DNA of 64,000 nucleotides, taken from positions 1,024,001 to 1,088,000 of the forward strand of contig OZ244065.1 of assembly GCA_965215505.1 (NCBI GenBank), read 5' to 3'. This document shows, in pieces, positions 56,881 to 64,000 of the stretch (positions are counted from its first letter, which is position 1; each line of letters starts with the position of its first letter). The stretch is from Capsulimonadaceae bacterium (GTDB taxonomy: Bacteria > Armatimonadota > Armatimonadia > Armatimonadales > Capsulimonadaceae). Both the position numbers and the translations under genes were made by a program. A model generated the notes under the pieces. That model was not told where the DNA came from and ran no database searches. It was given only the letters and a program-made list of their open reading frames with translations.

Positions 56881-59157
56881 ATGACACACGAAACCCGACC
56901 GCCCGGCGCGCGCGCCGACATCAGCCTGGGGGAGATCGCCACGATCCTGTGGCGGCGCAGGCTCGTTTTCCTGCTGGCGCTGGCCGCCTGCCTCGGCCCG
57001 GCCGCCCTGATCTCCCACCGGATGTCCAAGCAGTGGCGGGCCGAGGCGCAGATGGTCCTGATCCAGCGCGCCACGACCGGCTCCGAAGCCTCAAAAGCCA
57101 CCTCCTATGCCCCCCCGGTCATCGAAACCGTTGACACGCAGATGGCGATGCTGCAAAGCGATGCCATGCCGCAGCGCGCCCTGGACTGGCTGCGGAGCCG
57201 GCCCGGCCCGGCCGGGGCGGTCTTCGGCGGGAAAGAGTGGACGGCGGCGGCCTTCCAGCACGCCGTCACGTTCTCCAACCCTAAAGAGACCAACGTGATC
57301 CAGGTTTCGGCGGAGGCTCACAGCCCGGAGCAGGCGGCCCAGATGGCGAACGCGGTCTGTCAGGCCTTCCTCCAGTGGAAAAAGGAGCTGGCCCAGCAGC
57401 AGGTGCGGGACATCGCGCAGAGCCTCCAGGTGCGGTCCGCGCGCGCCGCCTCGCAGATGCGTGACGCCGAGCAGCAGGAGAAGCGGTTCAAGCAGCGCCA
57501 CCACATGGCAGACGTCGCCGCTCAGGAGAAATTCCTGCTCGACCAGGGACAGGCACAGTCGGCGGAGGTGGATAACCTCCAGAAGGAGTGCGACTCGCTG
57601 GACGCGCGGCTGGGGAACCTCGCCGGGAAGCTCCGGCTGGGGAACGCCCAGATCCAGCACGGCGGGGGCGTCCGCGACGACGCCCTCATCCTGAGCCTGC
57701 AATCACAGCTCACCCAACTGGAGATGGAGCGCGCAGACGCCGGCCAAAAGTACACCGCCGCCTATCCGGGCATGCTCCAGCCGCTGGACGCCAAGATCCG
57801 GGACATCAAGGCCCGCCTGAGCCGGACCATCCACGGGGTCGTCGCCGGCAATCTCCCCACCCTGCAAGCGCAGGGCGCGCTGCTTGCCGACTATCAGCAG
57901 ACTCAGGTGAGCGAGGTCTACACGGCGGCGAAGCTGGAGGCCGCCCGCCGGCTCCTCAGCCGGACGCAGGCGCAGACGCGGCTGCTGCCGCAGCTCGACG
58001 GCGACTACAAGCAGATCGTCCGCAACGTGGACCTGACCAACACCCTGTACTCGTCGCTCCAAGCCGCCCTCGAAGCGGCCCGGCTGGACGCGCAGATCGC
58101 CACCGGCGATGTCCAGTTCACGCAGCCCGCCCTGACGCCGACAAGGCCCTTCCGGCCAAACCTCCCGCAGAACCTCGCGCTGGCGGGGCTGCTCGGCCTC
58201 TTCCTTGGCAGCCTCGCCGTCATCCTGCTGGAACAGGGCGACCGGCGGGTGCGGACGGTCGGCGACGTGCAGCGCCTGCTCTCGGCCCCGGTCATCGGCT
58301 CGCTGCCCGCCTTGCCAGCCGCCTCGGCGGCCCTGACCGGCGGAGCGGGCGCGGCGAAGGTCATGGAAGCCTACCGGCTGACCTACGCGAACCTCCTGCT
58401 GACCCTGCATCAGTCCCAGCAGACCGCGCTCCTCTACCGGGCGGTCATCCTGGTCACCAGCGCCCGGCAGGGCGAGGGGAAGACGGTGACGGCACGGCAT
58501 CTGGCCCGCACGGTCGCCCGCTGCGGGAAGCGCACCATCCTGGTGGACGCCGACCTGCGCGTCCGGCCCGGAGACGATGCGCGGGGGGATGGCGAGGAGC
58601 CGGTCGGCTTGGCCGACGTCCTGCGCGGCGCGGCGACGCTCGAGGAGGCGATCAGCGACTCGGGGGACCGCAACCTGCTGGTCCTGCGCCGCGGCCGGGT
58701 CAACGAGGACAGCGCGGACATGGTTTCGCTCCCGCAGATGCGTCAGGCCTTGGAAACCCTCCGCTCCTACGCCGACGTGGTGGTCATCGACTCGCCCGCG
58801 TGTCTGGAGCGGGCCGACGTGTTCTTCCTCGCGCCGTTCGCCGACTGCATCCTGCAAGTGGTCGGGGCCAAGCGGGTAGACGAGCCGGCATTGCGGCAGG
58901 CATTCGAAGCCCTCACGGCGGCTCGTCCCGGCCTGCTGGCGCTCTTCTTCAACTTCTCGCCCGAGCAGCGGCCCACTCTCATGTCGGGCGCGGCGGACGG
59001 GCCGGCCCCGGCGGTCGTTCTACCGGGCGCCATGCCCGACTGGGACCTGCGGGAGAAAGTGCTGCTTTCGGAGAACCGGACCACCAAGATCATCGTCCAG
59101 AGCCTGCCCGGACAGATACCGAAGGCGGAAGGCGCGCGCCTGTTCCGGCCGGACTGA
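56881..59157 (+). CDS. Polysaccharide co-polymerase/BY-kinase (Wzc/GumC-like)
   Basis: Two TM segments flanking a coiled coil; Walker A TSARQGEGKT, A' LVDADLR, B VVIDSP. Confidence 0.9.
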   Translation: MTHETRPPGARADISLGEIATILWRRRLVFLLALAACLGPAALISHRMSKQWRAEAQMVLIQRATTGSEASKATSYAPPVIETVDTQMAMLQSDAMPQRALDWLRSRPGPAGAVFGGKEWTAAAFQHAVTFSNPKETNVIQVSAEAHSPEQAAQMANAVCQAFLQWKKELAQQQVRDIAQSLQVRSARAASQMRDAEQQEKRFKQRHHMADVAAQEKFLLDQGQAQSAEVDNLQKECDSLDARLGNLAGKLRLGNAQIQHGGGVRDDALILSLQSQLTQLEMERADAGQKYTAAYPGMLQPLDAKIRDIKARLSRTIHGVVAGNLPTLQAQGALLADYQQTQVSEVYTAAKLEAARRLLSRTQAQTRLLPQLDGDYKQIVRNVDLTNTLYSSLQAALEAARLDAQIATGDVQFTQPALTPTRPFRPNLPQNLALAGLLGLFLGSLAVILLEQGDRRVRTVGDVQRLLSAPVIGSLPALPAASAALTGGAGAAKVMEAYRLTYANLLLTLHQSQQTALLYRAVILVTSARQGEGKTVTARHLARTVARCGKRTILVDADLRVRPGDDARGDGEEPVGLADVLRGAATLEEAISDSGDRNLLVLRRGRVNEDSADMVSLPQMRQALETLRSYADVVVIDSPACLERADVFFLAPFADCILQVVGAKRVDEPALRQAFEALTAARPGLLALFFNFSPEQRPTLMSGAADGPAPAVVLPGAMPDWDLREKVLLSENRTTKIIVQSLPGQIPKAEGARLFRPD

Positions 59158-59199
59158 TGCGCGGTTGCTTTCGGCCTCAGACTGTGGCACAATAGGGCC

Positions 59200-60537
59200 A
59201 TGAGTGAAGAGGGTATGGGCAAGGCAGAACAATCCGACTGGCGGCGGCTGCTGACGCCGGGGCAGAGGGCGCGGATGCTGGACCACATCGCCCGCGTCTC
59301 GCTGGCGGCGGGCACGCGGCTGTTCCCCGGTCAGCCGTGGCAGGACCTGGACGTTTCGGCCGGCTCGGTCGCCGCCCGCAAGTCGCCCGTCGAGCGCCTC
59401 GCGTTCATCGAGCGCGCCCTGCCGGTTCTGGAGTGGGCGGCGGCGCAGATCGGGCGGGACCCGCTTGCCGATGTGGTGACGCAGTCGCGCCCCGTCGCCC
59501 CGGCCCTGCGCGCTCGGCGCGTCACGACGGGCGCTCTGCTGCAAGCCGTCCGGCGCGGCCCCGACCTCCGTTCCTTGGAGGAAACCGTCAGCGTGGCGTC
59601 CCGCGACACGCCCGAGAACCGCGCCGTCAAGTCTTTCCTGCGCGTGCTGGAACGTGACAGCACCGCCATCGTGCGGATCGCCGAGGCGGAGGAAGAGGCC
59701 GAAGCCGCGGGCCGAGCCGAACGGTGCGCGTCGCGTCTTCGTGGAATTCTTGCCACGCCCTGGTGGGCGGAGGTCGGGGCGGACGGCGCGGCGTGGCTCA
59801 GACCTCCGACGCGCCGGGCGGCGGGGCGGCCCGAGTACACCATGGTCTCCCGCGAGATGGCCCGCTGCCGCGCCGGGTTTATGTTTGACTGGGGACATCC
59901 CTGGCTGACGGTGCCGCCGCGCGAGTCGTGGCGGCTGTACGAAACCTGGTGCCTGTTCATCGTTCTGGACGCCCTGCGCGCGGGCGGCTGGGAGCCGGTC
60001 GCCGGGGCGGGGGGCGACACGCCGGACCTGTTCACCGTCCGCGAAGGCCGCCTGACCTTCACGCCCATGACGGGGCGGGCAGGGCGTGTCGGATTGCGCT
60101 CGGCGAGCGGCAGGCGTCTGTCAATGGTCTACAACCAGACATTCGCCGAAGGCCGGCACTCGCTCTCCCACACGATGCAGCCGGACATCACGCTGGCCTC
60201 GGGGGACCGCCTGTGGATTCTGGATGCCAAGTTCAAGCCCTACGCGCTGCCGGGGGAGGAGGGCGACGACATCAACCAGATGCACGCCTACCGGGACGGC
60301 ATCATCGGCGAGGGCGGGCAACGCGCCGTGGCCCGCGCCTGGTGCCTCTATGCGGGGCAGGCGGACGCGCCGAACCGCAGTCAGCTCACCTACGGGCGGT
60401 CCGAGGAGGCCGCCGTGGGGGCACTCTGCCTGCGGCCCGGCGAGGCGGACACGTTCACGGCCCTGTGCGCCCTGCTGGCGGGCTGGCTCCGGGAAGAGTC
60501 AGGGACACCAGCGCGGCCAGCGCCTCCAGGAACCTGA
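59200..60537 (+). CDS. DUF2357/PD-(D/E)XK nuclease (McrC-like)
   Basis: DTPENRAVK, LYETWC, QPDITL, ILDAKFK, DINQMHAYRD. Confidence 0.82.
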   Translation: MSEEGMGKAEQSDWRRLLTPGQRARMLDHIARVSLAAGTRLFPGQPWQDLDVSAGSVAARKSPVERLAFIERALPVLEWAAAQIGRDPLADVVTQSRPVAPALRARRVTTGALLQAVRRGPDLRSLEETVSVASRDTPENRAVKSFLRVLERDSTAIVRIAEAEEEAEAAGRAERCASRLRGILATPWWAEVGADGAAWLRPPTRRAAGRPEYTMVSREMARCRAGFMFDWGHPWLTVPPRESWRLYETWCLFIVLDALRAGGWEPVAGAGGDTPDLFTVREGRLTFTPMTGRAGRVGLRSASGRRLSMVYNQTFAEGRHSLSHTMQPDITLASGDRLWILDAKFKPYALPGEEGDDINQMHAYRDGIIGEGGQRAVARAWCLYAGQADAPNRSQLTYGRSEEAAVGALCLRPGEADTFTALCALLAGWLREESGTPARPAPPGT

Positions 60538-61918
60538 CCTGCGCGTCCGGGAACGCGGCATCGCCGGCGGCATATGCGGTCAAGGCTCCCTGCCCCGCCG
60601 CCAACGGCACGGAGAGGACGGAGTGCCGCCCGGACTGCCCGGCGAAGGCCCGCCAGACGCCCGCCTCGAAGCTCGGGTTCGCCAGTCCCGCGCGCCGGAC
60701 CGTCCTGCCCTTCCTCATCGCCTCCCGCGCGGCATCCCCGGCAAGCGCGGGATCATCCGGCGCGTGTCGGTCGGGGAACACCAAAGCCTCCCGATAAGCC
60801 GTGCCGACGAGGCACAGACCTTCCCCTTCCCTCAGCGCCACCGTGCAGACCTCCGCCCCGGTCACGCGCGCCACTTCCCCGTAAACCAGGTCTGCCAGAG
60901 CGTCCGGCCCCACGCGCTCCGCGACGGCCCGGATGACGGCCTGGGTCGCCTTCGCCTCCGCCGCCAAGGCGGCGTTCTGGGCGGCCTGACGCGGCCCCGC
61001 CAGGGCGAGGGCGGCGACGGACGCCAGCAGCCCCAGGGCTTGCTGTAGGCCGTCATCCGTGAGGGCGTCGGCGTTCGGGCGGGCGACTGAAAGATGGCCC
61101 ACCGCCGCGCCCCCCATCAGGAGCGGCACGGCATAGGCGAAGCCTTCCAGGTCATCTCCCAGGGCCGGCTCACGCGCCACATACACCGACCAGAGCAGCG
61201 GCGCGGAGGCATCAAAGGGGAATGTGGGCGGCTGCGCCTGCTTGCGCGACCTGGGCCGCTTGGGGCGGTCATTCGGGGCGGAGGCCAGCCGCGTGATGCG
61301 TTTGGCTTCACTGTCATAGGCGTAGAGCCGTGCGCGCACGTCGGGCAGGCCGGCGGCCAGGGCGAGCGCGCTCTCGACAAGAGCCTGTGCCGGTTCTCCG
61401 GCATCCGGCGCGGCGGCGAGGCGGCGGCAGAGAGCGCGCAGGACTTCCTCCCGCTCGTGCGTTTTGGCCTCCCGCGCCCGACTCTGCCCCGCCTCCGTCG
61501 CGTCGCGGGCGACTATGGCAACCCCACCGCCGGGCAGCGGCGTGGCGCTGATGTCCAGTACGCGCGTTTCCCCGTCGGCGGATACGCACAGACAGCCCAT
61601 GCCTTCCACCGCCGCGCCGGTGCGCTGCGCGCGGACAAGCGGCGACTGACCCGGCGGGATGGGCTGGCCACTCGGGTAGCGGAGACTGCGAAGGCCCGCG
61701 CCGTCCGGCCCGAACAGCGTCCGCGCGGCGGCGTTCAGTTTGGCGAGGGTGCCCGAAGCGTCGGCGATGACGACGGCGTCACCGACGAGGTCGAAGACTG
61801 GATCAAGAGGGCTGGACCGGGGCGGCTGCCGGAACCGCCACGCGCCGAAGGAGGCCAGGCCGCCGAGCAGGAGGCCCGCCCAGAACGGGGGGCGCTTGAA
61901 CGGGGAGGGGGAAGACAT
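60455..61918 (-). CDS. Membrane-anchored PAS-GAF-GAF sensor protein without output domain
   Basis: N-terminal TM; PAS DAVVIADASG...NAAARTLFG...ARDAT; two GAF-like domains (AVPLL..G..VGHL; SVLSVPL...GALTAY...FPDAQVRFL). Confidence 0.75.
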   Translation of the reverse strand: MSSPSPFKRPPFWAGLLLGGLASFGAWRFRQPPRSSPLDPVFDLVGDAVVIADASGTLAKLNAAARTLFGPDGAGLRSLRYPSGQPIPPGQSPLVRAQRTGAAVEGMGCLCVSADGETRVLDISATPLPGGGVAIVARDATEAGQSRAREAKTHEREEVLRALCRRLAAAPDAGEPAQALVESALALAAGLPDVRARLYAYDSEAKRITRLASAPNDRPKRPRSRKQAQPPTFPFDASAPLLWSVYVAREPALGDDLEGFAYAVPLLMGGAAVGHLSVARPNADALTDDGLQQALGLLASVAALALAGPRQAAQNAALAAEAKATQAVIRAVAERVGPDALADLVYGEVARVTGAEVCTVALREGEGLCLVGTAYREALVFPDRHAPDDPALAGDAAREAMRKGRTVRRAGLANPSFEAGVWRAFAGQSGRHSVLSVPLAAGQGALTAYAAGDAAFPDAQVRFLEALAALVSLTLPGASPPAGRTGP

Positions 61919-61993
61919 GGGAGGATTGTACCCGACGCAGGAAAGTCCCGCGCCGTGGGGCGCGGGGCGTTTCGAGATGCGAAGGGCGGAGGC

Positions 61994-62548
61994 CTATTCG
62001 GTGCGGATGGTCGCTTCCAGGACGGTTTCGGCCATGTAGATCGGGGCACGGAAGCGCAGGGCCATCGCGATGGCATCGGACGGGCGGGCGTCTATGTCCA
62101 TGGTTTCGCCGCCAGCCTTGACCAGCCCGATCTTGGCGTAGAAGGTCTCATTCCACAGGTCGTCAATGACGACCCGCTCGACGGTCGCATCCAGCCGCTC
62201 CAGCAGGAGGCGGATCAGGTCGTGGGTGAAGGGCCGGTCGGGGGCGTCGCCTTCCAGGGCCAGTGAGATGGCCCAGGCCTCGAACTGCCCGACGAAGATG
62301 GGGACGCGGCGGCCCCGGTTGTCGCGCAGCAGGACGAAATGGTTGGCGATGGTGCCCTGGTCCTGGTGGGCGTAGACGCCCATCACCTTGACTTCCTTCT
62401 CATTCAGGGAGCGCGGTGCCCGGTTCTCGTCCTCCGAGGCGGACTCGCCGGCCCCCCCGCTCTGCCGCCGCAGGGAAGAAAGCCCGTCCGGGTCGGACTC
62501 CTGGGGCCGCCAATCATCGTCGAACAGTTTATCGAAATCGCCTGGCAC
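61994..62548 (-). CDS. Bifunctional nuclease family protein (DUF151)
   Basis: VPIFVGQFEA, RPFTHDL, TFYAKI, IDARPSDAIAMALR. Confidence 0.93.
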   Translation of the reverse strand: MPGDFDKLFDDDWRPQESDPDGLSSLRRQSGGAGESASEDENRAPRSLNEKEVKVMGVYAHQDQGTIANHFVLLRDNRGRRVPIFVGQFEAWAISLALEGDAPDRPFTHDLIRLLLERLDATVERVVIDDLWNETFYAKIGLVKAGGETMDIDARPSDAIAMALRFRAPIYMAETVLEATIRTE

Positions 62549-62594
62549 CTTTTCCTCGCTTCCTTATGCCTGAACTATTCTAATCTTCTCGTCT

Positions 62595-63983
62595 TTAATC
62601 TTCCCGTCGTCCGGTCTTGCTGATGACCTTCAGGAACTCCTTGTTGCTCTTGCTGTTGTTCAGCCGGTCGATCAGGAGTTCGGTGGCCTCGACCGTCCCC
62701 AGCCCCGCCAGGACGCGGTGCAGCTGGTAGACGGCTTTCAGGCTGTCCTCGTCGTAGAGCAGCTCTTCCTTGCGCGTGCTGGACTCCTTGACGTTGATGG
62801 CCGGGAAGATGCGCCGGTTGGCGATCTCGCGGTCCAGCTTCAGCTCGGAGTTGCCGGTGCCCTTGAACTCCTCGAAAATGATGTCATCCATCCGGGAGCC
62901 GGTCTCGACCAGGGCGGTGGCGATGATGGTGAGGCTGCCGCCGTTCTCTATATTACGGGCCGCGCCGAAGAAACGTTTCGGGCGGTAGATGGCGGCGGGG
63001 TCAAGCCCCCCCTGGAGGGTGCGCCCGGAGGGCGTGACCGTCAGGTTGGAGGCGCGCGAGAGCCGGGTGAGGCTGTCCAGCAGGACGACCACGTCTTTGC
63101 CCGCTTCGACCAGGCGCTTGGCCTTCTCCAACACCATGTCAGCGACGCGCATGTGGTTCTCAGGCAGCTCGTCGAAGGTGGAAGACACCACCTCGCCGTT
63201 GACCGAGCGGCGGATGTCCGTCACTTCCTCGGGGCGCTCGTCGATCAGCAGCACGACCAGATGCACTTCGGGGTGGTTGGTCGTGATGGAGTTCGCGATG
63301 GACTTCAGCACGGTGGTCTTGCCGGCCTTGGGCGGGGCGACGACGATGGCGCGCTGGCCCTTGCCGATCGGCGCGATGAGGTCAATGACGCGGGCGGTGA
63401 GGTTCTTCGGGTCGGTCTCGAGAATAAACCGCTCTTCCGGGTAGATCGGCACCAGGTCATCGAAGTTGGCCCGACTGCGGGCCTGGTCGGGGGAGGCGCT
63501 GTTGACCGACTCGACCCGGAGCAGGCCGTAATACTTCTCGGTGTCCTTAGGCGGGCGGACCTGGCCGGTCACGGTGTCGCCGGTCTTGAGGTTGAAGCGC
63601 TTGATCTGGGCCTGTGCGACGTAGATGTCCTGGCTGCCCGGATCGAAGTTGTTCTGGCGCAGGAACCCCCACCCCTCCGGCAGGATCTCCAGCACGCCGG
63701 ACTTGGTCAGCGCGCCGTCCGCGTCCGAGCCGCCCCGGCCGTCCCGGTCCCCGGCGTCCGGGGCGGGCTGCGGCTCCCGCATCATCGGCTCTTTGGCCTC
63801 GCGCGGGGTGTCCCGGTTCGGGTCCTGGACGGCCAGGGCGGCTTGCGTGGCCTGGGCCGCCCGGCTGCCGTCCTTGCCGTTGCGGGGCGGGCGCGGCGTC
63901 AGGGGGGGGATGGGGTTGTCAACTCTGGGGGTCTCAGCCTTCGCGTCGGCCTTCGGGGCGTCGGACTGTGGGGGACGAGGCAT
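62595..63983 (-). CDS. rho: Transcription termination factor Rho (may extend beyond the window)
   Basis: [57 protein letters not shown]. The frame stays open upstream of ATG 63983. Confidence 0.98.
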   Translation of the reverse strand: MPRPPQSDAPKADAKAETPRVDNPIPPLTPRPPRNGKDGSRAAQATQAALAVQDPNRDTPREAKEPMMREPQPAPDAGDRDGRGGSDADGALTKSGVLEILPEGWGFLRQNNFDPGSQDIYVAQAQIKRFNLKTGDTVTGQVRPPKDTEKYYGLLRVESVNSASPDQARSRANFDDLVPIYPEERFILETDPKNLTARVIDLIAPIGKGQRAIVVAPPKAGKTTVLKSIANSITTNHPEVHLVVLLIDERPEEVTDIRRSVNGEVVSSTFDELPENHMRVADMVLEKAKRLVEAGKDVVVLLDSLTRLSRASNLTVTPSGRTLQGGLDPAAIYRPKRFFGAARNIENGGSLTIIATALVETGSRMDDIIFEEFKGTGNSELKLDREIANRRIFPAINVKESSTRKEELLYDEDSLKAVYQLHRVLAGLGTVEATELLIDRLNNSKSNKEFLKVISKTGRRED

Positions 63984-64000
63984 GGTGGTTTCGGAGTCGT

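Overview
High-GC bacterial chromosome segment, probably diderm (beta-barrel and lipoprotein genes). An Armatimonadota/Capsulimonas-like origin is my inference from protein style and is unverified. Layout: (1) 1-5132, the end of a sensor kinase, an exported intradiol-dioxygenase-like lipoprotein, a secreted protein and an S53 protease with six 52-aa C-terminal repeats. (2) 5183-6888 (-), a tuf-rpmG-tRNA-Trp unit whose leader holds a remodelled tRNA-like element; secE/nusG do not follow. (3) 6994-36122 (+), a ~29 kb eCIS/PVC/Afp-type contractile injection system. It has a DUF4255 cap, sheath, two tubes, a tail-assembly chaperone pair joined by a probable programmed -1 frameshift, and a 2036-aa DUF4157 multi-domain effector (lipase-like, membrane segment, repeat-expanded second hydrolase, unknown domain, Zn-phospholipase C-like). 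It also has a LysM initiator, VgrG, PAAR-like DUF4280, gp25, baseplate J/I, a fibre-root/DUF4159 fusion and two bitopic Ig-like membrane proteins. No AAA+ ATPase, lysis or immunity gene is recognisable. (4) 36178-47620, an exported TPR protein, an exported WD40-caspase, and a lipoprotein/giant Ig-repeat/beta-barrel operon. (5) 48319-59157, a Wzx/Wzy exopolysaccharide cluster. (6) An orphan McrC-like nuclease, a PAS-GAF protein, a DUF151 nuclease and rho. The best candidate for an undescribed system is the apparently membrane-tethered CIS with its polyvalent effector and frameshifted chaperone. All family calls come from motif recognition by eye; no searches were run.
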